64,000 nucleotides of DNA from contig NC_045697.1 of NCBI RefSeq assembly GCF_009834535.1, positions 2,172,001 to 2,236,000 on the forward strand, in the 5' to 3' direction. The notes below the pieces were generated by a model. It worked only from the letters and a program-made list of their open reading frames with translations. It was not told the DNA's origin and did not search any database. Shown piece after piece: positions 49,476 through 61,160 of the stretch. How positions within the stretch are numbered: the stretch's first letter is position 1; each line of letters starts with the position of its first letter. The DNA is from Camelus ferus (lineage: Eukaryota). The position numbers and the translations under genes are program-made.

Positions 49476-49949
49476 TGGAATAGAAAAGAGCAAGCCCGGC
49501 TCTGCGCTAGAGCTGCTCCTTCGGCTCTAGCCCTGTGCCCCGTCTTCTAGGCTTAGTCCTGTGGGCCCTGCAGCTTCTGCAAAAGGATATTCATACTTGT
49601 GACCTTATGTAAAGATAGTAAGTTGCAGAATAGAAGACAACATTTGTTTTGTTGGAGGTTTGGACCTGACCCACGTGGACAGCTTCAAGAACAAAGAATT
49701 CCTACACCAAGAAGTTTGCAGCAACCAGCCACACCCCCGTCCCCTTTTTCAGTATGAAAGGAGCCTGTGCTCTGACTTGAGGAGGATGGTTTTCCAAAAC
49801 ATTAGTTGGCCACCCTCTTGGTCTGCTGGCTTTCTGAATAAAGTTGCTATTCCTTGCCCCAACACCTTGTCTCCTCATTTATTGGCCTGTTGTGCAGTGG
49901 GCAGGACGAGTTTGGACTCGGTAACAATTTTGGCGAAGCCAGCCAGCAG
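49476..49949 (+). mobile_element. ERV 5' LTR (49476-49926) with tRNA-Arg-type primer-binding site (49931-49949)
   Basis: Homologous to the LTRs at 51663 and 55561. Contains AATAAA and ends ...ggactcggtaaCA, followed by TGGCGAAGCCAGCCAGCAG, close to the complement of the tRNA-Arg(ACG) 3' end (TGGCGAGCCAGCCAGGAG). Confidence 0.85.
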
Positions 49950-51662
49950 CCTTGCTGCTCATGGCCAGCCGGCTCCACGTGGGGAGTTTTCGGGTAAGGC
50001 CCTTGCAGCTGCCAGGACCACCTGTCCTGAGGCCCTTCCCTTCAAAGTTCCCCAAAGTGGCCCCGGCTGCCCCAGCACTTGGCAGTTGGAGCAAGGAACC
50101 GACACTTGGGGGCCGACGGGCTCCATACAGAGGGTAAGTTGCTCTGGCGTGCACAGCAGGAACTTTATTCCTCTGCATTTGTGGCTTTTTCTCCGGAGTA
50201 AGCCGATTTGTTTTGGTGGGGCACCCTGTGGGCGTGGGGGTCAGTGGCTGCCCTGTGCGGCGTGGGCAGTCTAAGCTGGAGTGCCCAGAGGGAGGCTCTG
50301 CTGGGGCGTGGATGTGCAGATGGCCCTCTTCTCAGGCTGGAGTTCCCTTGGCCGGGTGGGGAGTCTAGTTCGGAAGCCAAGGGACTAGAGAGTGCAGGTG
50401 GGCCAGCACACGTGGCTTTCTGAGGGCAGGTGGGGAGCGGCCCCTCACCAAATGTGCGGTCAGCAGCAGAGAGGTTGTGTGGAGGTGCGCAGACGGCCGT
50501 GGGCGCGCGGGATTTGAACCAGTGGTCCAGGACAGTTCTTGTCTAAGGGCCGAATAAAAGCTGGGGACGTCAGGTGGAGGGTGGGCGGGCAGGCGGGGCT
50601 GCGGTCAGTCTGACTGTGGGTGGCTGTTGCTGTTTGCAACAGGGGGATCCTTAGAGAGCCTGGCTTCAGGGCCCACAGGGAGACGGGGGCGCATGGGCCT
50701 CAGACTGCTCATCGCAGGCGGCCCTTGGCTGCATGGGGCTTGACTGCGGAAGGCCTGGATGGTGGTGGGTGGCGGTCCTGGGCACTCTCAGACCGATGTG
50801 AATGTTGCCCTTTTTGTCCTGAGGGTTGACAGAAGCAGAGACCGTGGAATTTGGTGCCCTAGGCTGAGGGGCATCCGAGGTGGAGAACTTGGAGGGAAAG
50901 CCCACAAGTGCCTGGATGACTCTGGGCGGCTGACTCTGGGACGGTGCCTGCCCTTCCTGGGGAGTCCAGTTAAGTGCCGTAAGGTTGGGTGTGGGGGTCC
51001 CCAGGCTCAGGTGGGGCATGGGAATCTCAGACGGCATCAGTGGTTGACCTTCCCCCAGCCTGGAATCCAAGGAGACCGTGGTTTTAAGGTTCTGCAGTGA
51101 CCCAGGGTACACAAGCCTGTGCCCGCTGGCCTGAGGCTGCCCTTGGCTCTGCAGGGTTAGGCTGCATGGAGGTGGGCAGGGGTCCGTGCGATTCAGTGGC
51201 TGTTGTGCGTGGAGCAGGAGGTCCAAGGTCTAGACCCCAGCTTTAGGGTCAGGCGGTGGTCCAAGGTCAACAGGTGTCTGCGTGGGAGCTGGCGGCTGCC
51301 CTCCACTTACCTTGGATCTAGAGGCGAGGCGCGTGCCAGGGGCGCTTGGCCGCCGCTGTGAAGATGGGTTGGGACACCAGAGGCCTGGGAGGGGCGCTCC
51401 CCGGGTGGGCGGAGGTCTGCTGTGCTCCACTTCTGGGAGCCCGATCCCCGGCCGCGGGGCAGGAATGGGAGGGAGAGGAGCCGGGCCAGGCCCCGCGGGC
51501 GCAGGAGGCACCGGGTGCGAGGTGCGAGGGTGGCCGCGGGCAGGAGCGTGGAGCGTGCAGTGTGGCTGAGGGGCCGGGGCAAGAAGATGGGTGCCACAAT
51601 GCCTCCCCGTGACACCCGCGGTGCTTCCCGCCCGTCGCCAGGCGGCTCTCACCGTGTCCCTC

Positions 51663-52188
51663 TGTGACAGAAAGGAACAAATCTGACTCCGTATTAGACC
51701 TGTTGCTGTGGCTTTACCCCTGTGCCGTTTCCTGGGCTGAGTCTTGCTAGCTCTGCACCTTTTGTACAAGAATGTTTTCTTTAGCCTGAAATAGACAGGA
51801 GGTCCCGTCTTCAAGGCTCTGACCTTTAAGGGTGGAGCACTTTTCCATTCCTATAAAGATGAAATATTGCAGAATAGAGAACATTCGTCTTGTTGGAGGT
51901 TTACAGGGGTGCCACGACCTGACCCACGTGGACGGCTGCAAGAACAAAGGGTTCTGACACCAAGACGTTTGCAACAGCCAACCACACCTCACGCCCTTCC
52001 GCCCTTTTTAGTATCAGAGGAGCCTGATTTCTGACTTGGGGAAGATGGTTCTCTAGGACATTAGTCCCCCACCTTCTTGGTCTGCTGGCTTTCAGGATAA
52101 AGTCGTCATTCCTCGCCCCCACCCCTCGTCTCCCTGATGTATCGGCCCGTTGTGGGGCGAGCAGAAGGAGTTTGGACGTGGAGACGCA
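51663..52188 (+). mobile_element. ERV LTR, same family
   Basis: Starts TGtgacagaaaggaacaaatctgactcc; shares the core 'gacctgacccacgtggac..ctgcaagaacaaag' with the other two copies. Confidence 0.85.
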
Positions 52189-53559
52189 GAAGCCCAGTCC
52201 ACGGCGCTCCATCATGTTAGCCCGGGGCACTGATGTTGTCTCGTTAAATTCTGCTTAAATGTGGAAGCAAGTGTTGAGCTCTGGTTAGTGATGTGCACTC
52301 GGAATTGTTTAGTGAGGACAAGGGTCCTGGTGGCTACACTTCCCTGGACGTGTGGCAGGAAGCCAGGTGGGCTGGTGGACAGACAGAGGGATGGGTATGT
52401 GGATGGCAGTGGGATAAAGTGAGTTTAAAACACGCCGACAGTCGGGGGGAGGTCGTGTGGGTATTGGCGGAACAGTTTCTGCCCTACGGCATGCTGGATG
52501 ATGTTCGTGAGAAAATATTGGGAAAAATGTTTAACTAGACACTTCGGACGTCCCTGAATAATCAAGTAAAAAGACAACTGCGTGAGAAAGGGGCTCTCTC
52601 AATACTCAGTTCACACAACTCAGGGACTGGAGTGGGCGTGAGACAAGCCCCTGACACAGAAGCCACGGAAAAGAGATCTCCAGCCCAGCTCCCCAACTCT
52701 GAGCCTGCCCCTACGTTGGGGCCCCAAAGGGCTGACATGAGGAGACATTCAGGCTTGTCTGAGAGAGCCGTAGTCCTCGGCTGAGAGCCTGTCCCGCCCT
52801 CGGGTCACAGGCTCCCGGCTCCCCTGCAAGGTCCTCCCGAGAGAGCCGGTGTGTGTCTCCTCCCAGGCAGGCTGAGGCTGCCGTCAGCGGACCACCGCAG
52901 AGGGGCCCCAGCAGCGAATGTTCCCTCCCCACGGTCTGCCGGCAGAGTCCGGGGGCAGGGAGGGCTCGGGTGAGGCCCCGTCCTGCTTAAGACCTCACAG
53001 CCTCCTCGCGGTGCCTTTGGCAGGGCGGGGGTGAGGGAGGGATCTCCCCTCTCTTCCTGATTTGATGAAGACACTAATCCCTTAATGGGGGCCCCATGCT
53101 TCTTGCCTGATCACTTCATAGACCACCACATTGGGGGTGAGGTAGGAATTTGGTGGGTACAAACATCCTTCTACAGCGAGGTGGGGAGAGAGATGAGAGA
53201 GGAGCAGGAGAGAAGGGAGGGGGGAGAAGGGCAAATGAGAGGCTGCAAACTGCCCCCTCCAGGCAGCCCTCTGGGATTTCCTCCTGATGAGTAACCTATG
53301 CCTCTCAGCTCAGCCCTTTAGGTCCCTCTCTCTGGGTGTAGTTTTGTCCCCTTTGCACCCTGGCCCCTCTAGGCTGCAGCGAGGACCAGCCTGGGCTGGA
53401 TGTTGGTGGTGTGGTGTGTGCAGTGACGTGTGTGGCAGGTGACTTCAGGGAAGGCGGTTTTGTGGGCCATCCCTGGGGATGCTGACGACATTAGCAACAG
53501 CGGTGGCTCTATTTGTTATGGGTCTTCCTTGCACAGGAACTCTGTCCACCCCAACATCC

Positions 53560-54065
53560 CTGTTCCCCTTCCTCTGTGGAAACAGACCCTAGGTTTCAGC
53601 TGGCCATGTAGCGGGTCAGAATAAAAGGCTACATCTCCAAACCTCCCTCCCTGGCAGCTAAGTGTGGCCAAGTGACTCAGTTTTGGCCAATGAAATAAAA
53701 ATCTTCTCTGTGAGACTTCCAGGAAGGCTGCTTGAAAGGTAGCTGCCGCAGCTGCGACTCTGGGGGGAGGCTTACTTGCCCTGTACTATTCCAACTTTCT
53801 TCCTTCTGTCCCGTGGTCTTGATGGCTGGAGCTCCAGCAGCCATCTTGGAACATGAAGTGACTTCGGGGAAGGAGGCCATACACTGAGGATGGGGAGGAG
53901 CAGATGGAAAGAGTCTGGTTCCTGGAGGACATTGTGGAGCAATTGTGCCTCCCTGGATTGGTCACTTTCAGATTTTTTTACTTATGAAAGACACAAGCTT
54001 CTATCTTGTTTATGCCTGTTTTATTGGGATTGCTCTGTTATGAGCAGCCAAACCAAGCCATAATG
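53560..54065. mobile_element. Old MaLR (MLT1-like) LTR
   Basis: 'tgatggctggagctccagcagccatcttggaacatgaagtgac' and 'tgttatgagcagccaaacc' are typical old MLT1 text. Confidence 0.65.
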
Positions 54066-54104
54066 GATATATTATTGCTAATATTCATCATAACCTTGGT
54101 CACT

Positions 54105-54190
54105 CTTCTATAGAGGGGCAAATTGAGGCTCAGACGGGTAAAGACACTTGCCCAAGGTCACACAGCTGGAAGTAGCAAGCAAGCCCTGAG
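54105..54190. mobile_element. MIR SINE fragment
   Basis: MIR core 'aaattgaggctcagacgggtaaagacacttgcccaaggtcacacagctggaagt'. Weaker MIR cores near 6510, 33790, 40020, 46440 and 49090. Confidence 0.75.
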
Positions 54191-55289
54191 TGCAGAGGGC
54201 TTCATGGAAGACAGGTAGGTGCAGACTCCAAATGTGCCTCTCCTACTCGCCAGCCAGTGCTTGGATCCCCAGCATCAACGTGACCAGGCAGCTCGGACCC
54301 CCGCAGCCTGGGGTGCAAATTACATCCTCCTGGCAAAGCTTCGTACCAGTGACGTGCGTGGGAGCAGAGCCGCAACGACTCGCCATGTAGGTTCCTGCAG
54401 CTCTGCGGGCTGTTGCTATTTCTGGAATACTGCATGGAGGCAGGGCCGCTGGAGGGAAAATAATTGTAGTGTCACTTTCTGGCCTCAGCAGGGGAGGGAG
54501 GTGTACAGTTAGTGGCACCTGCTACATTCCCATCACTTTGTTCGCATCGTCACTCTGAAGGGAAGGAAACTCGCCCTGCTTGTGCTTCCTGCACACACCT
54601 GGATGGGGTGCCAGTGTGGTCAGTCCTGCCCCGAGAGCCTGCCTCTCTCCCTTGTCCTCCCGAGCCACCCCTGCCCCCGGGAACATCGTCGTCACTGTGT
54701 GAAGTCTCAGCATCATTCGCGTGTATTGAGAGCTTTCTTTGCGCTGAGCCCCGAGCTGAGCACAGGGAGGAGGCTGGGTGGACAGGAGCTGGGCTCCATG
54801 CAGTCTGACACTTCAAGGAGGGACTTATGGGAGGGGCTGTGAGAACGCAGAGAAGCATTCTTCTTCGGGGGTGGGGGCACAAGGCCCCCGCCAGCTTCCC
54901 AGGGGAACAGGTAAGCAGTCAGCTCTGTAAATGGCGGCACAGAAGTGTGGCTCTGCTCAGTGTCACCGTGAACCATGAGTCACTCTTTACGGTAGGAAAT
55001 AAAAGTAAATAGGAAAGATAAAATGTGAGGGTGGCCAGAAGGGCCTGGGGACAGCCCCAAGGTCCAGGTTGGGGCTGTAGCCATCAGAGGGGAGGCGGAG
55101 ACAGTGGGCTTATAGGGGGGCCTAGTCTGGGGGTCATCTCAATCCCTCTGATGATGGCTTGGCTGGCTGCCCAGGACCACCCAGCCCACTCCCCCTGTGC
55201 TCAGCCTAGAGCTGGTCACGCAGGGACCGATAGAGCGTCATGCAGACCCTGGCACCATGGCTGCTTCAGTGCTGGCCATTCACTCTCTG

Positions 55290-55560
55290 ATCCACCCATC
55301 CCCTCACCATCTACCACCTATTCACTCAAACATCCATCCATCCATCCGTTCATCCATCCATCTACCACCTGCCCATCCACCACCTCTTCACTCAAATACC
55401 CATTCATCCATTCACTCACCCATCTACCATCCACCCATCTACTCGCCACCCATCCCCATCCAGTCAAAAATCAATCCATCCATCCTCCCATCCATCCACC
55501 TATGTATCCGTCATACGACCATCCACTATCTAGTATCTTCCTCTCTTCCTTCTTTCCTTC
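55290..55560. repeat. (TCCA)n-type simple repeat
   Basis: catccatccatccatccg...; resumes after the LTR at ~56090-56150. Confidence 0.9.
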
Positions 55561-56088
55561 TGTTACCAAGTCCAGACTTGTTCTGCTCGCTGCACGGAAG
55601 GCCAATAAATTGGGAGACAAGGTTTTGGGGCAAGGAATAATGACTTTACTTGGAAAGCCAGCAAACAGAAGATGGCAGACTACTGTCCTAGAGACTCACC
55701 TTCCCAAGGCAGAATTCAGGCTCCTTTTACACTAAAGAGGGGAGGGGGTGTGGTTGGTTGTTGCAAACTTCTTGGTGTAGGAATTCTTTGTTCTTGGAAT
55801 CCATTGTTCTTGCAGCTGTCCACGTGGGTCAGATCAGGGTGTTCCTGTAAACCTCCAACAAAATAAATGTTATTTTCTATTCTGCAAGCTGTTATCGCTA
55901 TATGAATGGCAAAGTATCCTTGAAAGTCAGAGCCTTGAGAACAGGCTGTCCTGTACATTTCAGGCTAAAGGCAACGTTGTTTCACAAAAGGCGCAGAGCC
56001 AGCAAGGTGAAGCCCAGGGAAGAGAGCACAGGGTTAAAGTCAAAGGGACAGAGCTAATATGGAGTCAGATCTGTTCTTTCCTGTTACA
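55561..56088 (-). mobile_element. ERV solo LTR, same family, with 4-bp TSD
   Basis: TG...CA termini, reverse complement of the 51663 copy, flanked by CTTC on both sides; it splits a (TCCA/TTCC)n tract. Confidence 0.88.
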
Positions 56089-57129
56089 CTTCCTTCCTTC
56101 CTTCTTTCCTTCCTTCCACCCCCTCCCTATCCTACATCCATCCATCCATCCGATAGTCACTTACGGAACAGAGGTCGGCGGCGAGTCTGTCAGCCCGGGG
56201 AGACAGCTGGCTTTGCTTTCCTGGCTGCTGCACAGCCTTCCCTTTGCTGTGCTCGTCTGTGCTCTCACTCTGATGTGTCTGGATGTGGATTTATTTTTAT
56301 TTAACCTCCTGGGTCTTCCTTCCTTGGGAGTCACATCTTTAAAATATTCTGGGGGAAATCTCAGCTTAATGATCACTGATTACTGCCTAGTCCCCTGGCT
56401 GTGGGCCCTCTGCCCAGGTCCCCTGAGTTCCCCTGACGTCTCCTGTGAGCCCCTCTACCTGCTGCAGGTGCACCGGGGGACCCTTGGAGGACTTCTCCCA
56501 GCCCGTGGAGTGTGTTCCCGGGGGCGATGGCTGGCTGGAGTGAGAACCGGCTCTCATCTCGAGGCAGGACAAAATTTGAGGATTCTGGATTTTACACCCC
56601 AGAGCTCCTGGTGGGATCCAGCTGAGGCTGGCACTGCCCAGAAGCCAACCCTGGAGTGGTCCCTGTGGTCCTGCTTCCCCACTCCCTGACCAGGACTCCC
56701 TGGGAGCAGGGGCCCTGGCTTCAGACCAAGCTCCTTCAAAACCTTAACTGGACGCGGCTGGATGTGTTCCCTCCGGCAAAGTGCAAAGGAGCATGGATGG
56801 TGTGCTGCCTTTCGGAAGGGAGAGGCGCGAGTACCCCCCTGCCCAACAAACAAGCCCTGTTTACCATCCGTCCAGCCCTCTCGCTCTCTGTTAACCATCT
56901 GCCAGTCTCCTGAGAGGGAGAGAGGGGGAAAGAGGGAGTTTGATTTTGAAGGAAGGAAAACCCAGATGGAGGCAGGCGGTTACCATCAGGGGGAGATGAG
57001 AGTCCTCTGAGTGTCTTTTTCATATTGTTTTGACTTTTGAGCCATGTGACCTTTTTCACAGTCAGAAAATAAAATTAAATCAACAAGTTTTTTTTTTTTT
57101 TTAAAAACCCTAAAATTGAACTCAAAGAC

Positions 57130-57320
57130 CAATAATATATAAAACATAAACAACAAAGACCTACTGCACAGCACAGGGAACTATATTCTATATTTTGTAA
57201 TAACCTAGAATGGAAAAGAATCTGAAAAAGAATGTATGTGTGCATACATATAGATGTGTGACTGAATCACTTTGCTGTACACCTGAAACATTGTAAATCA
57301 GCTATAGTTTGATTAAAAGT
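57130..57320 (+). mobile_element. LINE-1 extreme 3' end
   Basis: 'aacaacaaagacctactgcacagcacagggaactatattc...actgaatcactttgctgtacacctgaaac' is a cetartiodactyl-type L1 3' UTR. Confidence 0.8.
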
Positions 57321-58102
57321 ACTAAGGAGTTCAGAAATTTAAAAATAAAAGCCCAAATGATCCTAAATCAACTGCTAATATAACTAGACAGAAGGGAGAC
57401 CACATACCTTTCCTTGAGCATGGTTTTCTGATCTGAAGCCTTGAGCTTCCCGTTTACAGGGTCGTTGCTGTTGCAAGTGGCAGTAGAGTGTGGCGGTTCT
57501 GAAAATACTGTGTGCGCGTTGAAGGCTGACCGAACGAGGGAGGTCTTCTTGGGGGCCAGGGCTCTCTCTGTGGGTGGTGGGAGGTGAGGTCGCAGAGCAG
57601 GGAGGGCAATGCAGGCCCTTGGGGCTTGTGTTTGAATTGGAAGCAGCAGAAAAATTCCTGCTCAAAACCAAGAAAATCCATTTCCTAGCTCTGAGCAGGG
57701 AGAGGAGTTCAAGGTAACGACGCCCAAAAGCTGGGAGCGCGCGAAGGCTTCTGGAGCCGGCCTACTAACGGACCGGAGTCCGGACCTGGGCCAAGGCGAG
57801 CCTGGGACACCATGGGAGCCAGAAAGCCCAGAAGCCCCAGAGAGTGAGGGGGCAGGTCAAGAGACACCTGGGCCAGGTGGCAGGGACTCCCAGTGGCCAA
57901 ATTTGGGAGATACTATGATGAACATCAAACGTCGAAGTCTTCATGAGTCCACAGAGATGCTGAAACGAAGGGAGGACTTCCGTACAGAACAGTGCCAGCT
58001 AGTAAATGCTGGGGAGGCGATCCGTTCAGAGCCACCCCCCACCCCGTTCTGACCACCCCCACGTGATACTGATTCATTCAAGTGAGGATAGTCAAAGGAT
58101 GC

Positions 58103-58573
58103 TGTGGTTGGCTGAAAAATGGCCCCAGAAGTGTCCCTAATCCCCAGACCCGCCCTAATTCCCAGAACCTGTGAATATTGCCTTATACGGTCAAAGGAAC
58201 TTTACAGAAGTGGTTAAGTTAAGGGTTTTCAAGTGTGGCATGATTCTGGCTTATCTAAATGCAGTGACAAGTGTCCTCAGAAGAGGGAGGCAGATCAGCT
58301 GGAGGAAGGATGGTGTGATGATGGAGGCAGCGGCTGAAGGTGGAGCGAGGACCACGCGAGAGCCAAGGAGCGCAGAAGCCTCCAGAAGCTTAAACAGGGA
58401 AGGAAACGATTCTCCTCTGAAACCTCCAGGAGGAGCCCGCCCTGCCGACACCGGGACCTCGGCCCAGTGAGACCCCCTTCAGACTTCCGGTCTCCAGAGC
58501 CGTGAGAGGACACTTCCACGCTGTTTAGAGCCACTCTGTGTAAGTTGTTACAGCAGCAAGAGGACATTCAGCA
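58103..58573 (+). mobile_element. MaLR (MLT1-like) solo LTR nested in an older L1-like relic (~57880-59140)
   Basis: TGtggttggctgaaaaatggcccc ... gttgttacagcagcaagaggacattcagCA, with an imperfect 5-bp TSD gatgc/ggtgc. Confidence 0.8.
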
Positions 58574-60869
58574 GGTGCTGAGACCCTCGAGTGAAAGGCT
58601 GTTGGGAAACAGGAAATTCGCACTCACAGATACACCCATTGGTTGACCCACGAATGACAAAGGCAACAGGGAACTTCAGAGTGGGGGTGTCTGAGGCGCC
58701 CCTCACCTAAGTGATCCAACTTCGCATCACCTGGAAAGGGATGCACGGACATGGTGTGTCCCTGACGGGACGTGCTGAGAAGGACCCAGCATCCCTTACA
58801 GTGCTGGTGCCTGGAACGCCTAGGCTGAACTGGACCCCAGGCCAGTCCGGACGGTGGTGCCGTCTGCAGAAACTGACCTGACCCCTTCAGGGTCATCAGG
58901 GTCTTTAAAGGGAAAACCAGACACACGAGCCCCAGCAACCAAACACCACGTGTGTTCTTGTTGGAACCCGGATCAAAACAATATGGCTGGAAAGGATGTT
59001 CTAGAAGTTTTGAATATTGGCTGTGTATAGACAACGTCCTCAGATCAGCGTTAACTGGTTTTGCAAACTGATGCAGTGTGTGTACATGATGCGGTGAGGA
59101 ACTGATAAGGATTCGGGCACTCAAGGTCCTGTCCCTGCAACTCCCTTCTAGGTTGCAGATGTTTAAATGTCGAGGACTGCGGGTGCTGACAGAGTTGGGT
59201 GAACAGGTGTGTCTGCGTCCATCATGCACGGCCGGACCCTTGCTGGGAGCCACCCCGCCCACAGGGCTGAGCAGCGGGGGCCCCTCTCCACCTGCCCTTC
59301 CCACGGCCGGGCTGGTGTCCTTTAGTGGCTTCACTGAGAAGTGGGACAATGAAAATTATTGCACCATCTGTTTCCTAGTTTAGAAGGTGACAAATGGCAA
59401 AGTGTTTATTGTTACAACGTGGAATTCCTCCTCCCAAGCAAAAGTGACCCACTGAACTTACACACCTGATGAAGGAGGACTGTCTGCCCCGGAGGCGTGG
59501 ACGGATGCAGTGTTCACGACTCTGGGTGGACCAGGGTCTTGAGTTCAAGCTCACCCTCCAGGGCCAACAGAGACCCCGAGGAGGAGGAGAAAACTGTGCT
59601 GGGTAGCTTCGGCTGCGTAAAAAAGCTCTTAAAGCCTAGTGGTTTAAAACACAACTACCTTATACAGCTCAAGATTCCCCAGACCAAGTGGGCGGCTTCA
59701 CGGGTCCCAGCTGGCTTGGTTGGTCTCTGAGGTCAGCTGGCGGCTCAGCTGGAGTTGGGGCAGGGACACGGCCTCCCTCTCACGTCTGGTGCTGGGCTGC
59801 GGGTCGGCAGGGGGGCCCCCACGGAGCAGAGGCAGGTTCCCGCTGTGGGAGAACGCGCCCGGGCACTGCCTTTTCAAGCCTCTGCTGGCATCACACTGGC
59901 TGATGCCCACTGGCTAACGGGGCCACGCGGCCTCCCTTCCACGGGGCGGAGAAAGAGGCTGTGCTTCCTGATGGAGGAGGGGCAGAGCTGCAGAGGATGC
60001 ACTCAGGCTGGAAGGGCTCGGGCCACATTTGCCGCTAACTGACCCCATTCACTCATCGCCTGAGTATCTGGGTGTCAGCTCAGCGCTGGGCTCCAGGCAC
60101 AGGCAGGGTGCCCGCTCTCTGAAGGGGCTGCTCTGGTGTGGAGATGGTCCATATGCACACACAGGCAGGGCAGGGACACTCCCCATGGACTCCAACTACA
60201 GGGCGCGTCGTTGATCCAGGGTCCGCTGAGACCCATCAGCACGCTGATGCAGAGACTGCACTTACCACGGCTGCCCCCCCGCGGCCGGGGCGCGGCGGCA
60301 GGCCCACCTCTGGGGTGCCCGGGCCCCTTCTGACGGTCAGTTTTGAGTCAGGGACTCCCCGAAAGCCTTCCGAACCTTCCTAGACCAGACGGGGCCAGGA
60401 GGCTCCCACCCGACCTCCCCTGGGGGGAGGTCACACTTGTGTCTCTACCGATGCTTCTGCCACCTCCCCATCACCTCTCGCAGTCGTCTCCCGCAATAAC
60501 GTCTCTACACTTTTAATTTAAATTTTGGGTATTTTCAGGGGGCGGGCACCAGGTTTATTTATTGTATTTATTTTTAATGGAGGTGCTGGGGATTGAATGT
60601 CTCTGCACTTCCGATGCCTCTTTGGCGTGTGCTCGCCAGAGGACCAGGACCAACGTGACACGTGAAGGAGAAAGAGCCTCGGACAGCGCGATGGGACAGC
60701 GCGCCCCCACCCAGAGCCCCTGCGGCTCCGTCCTCCCCGCCACTGAGCACCCGAGCTCCCAGCATCCATGCGTGCATTCGGTTGCTCTTCTGTCTCCCCA
60801 TTAGAACATCAGCGCTGGGACTGCAGGGGCTTTGGGTGCCTGCCCTCAGCTGTGTCCTGAGCCCAGACG

Positions 60870-61160
60870 TACCTGTGAGCGGTAGGTCCCCATCTGGTGA
60901 AAGGACGAACGAATGTGCTAGAGTGACTAGGGCAGGAAGAGGGAATGGCCACTTTGGGGAAAGCGGCCCGGGCAGGCCTCTCTGAGGAGGGCACATTTAG
61001 GCTGAGACTCCTTGAAAGGCGAGGATGCGCTGGCCATGTGATGACCTGGGGAAGGCAGTTCTAGGCAGATGGATAAGCACATGCAAAGGCCCTGAGGCAG
61101 GAACTTGCTCTGCTGGTTTGAAGAACACAAGTGGTTGGACTGTGGGTGAGATAGTGGGTG
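60870..61160. mobile_element. LINE-2 fragment
   Basis: 'gaaggcagttctaggcagatggataagcacatgcaaaggccctgaggcaggaac..ctggtttgaagaac' is typical L2 text. Further L2-like pieces near 42070-42400, 45020-45190 and 62200-62270. Confidence 0.7.
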
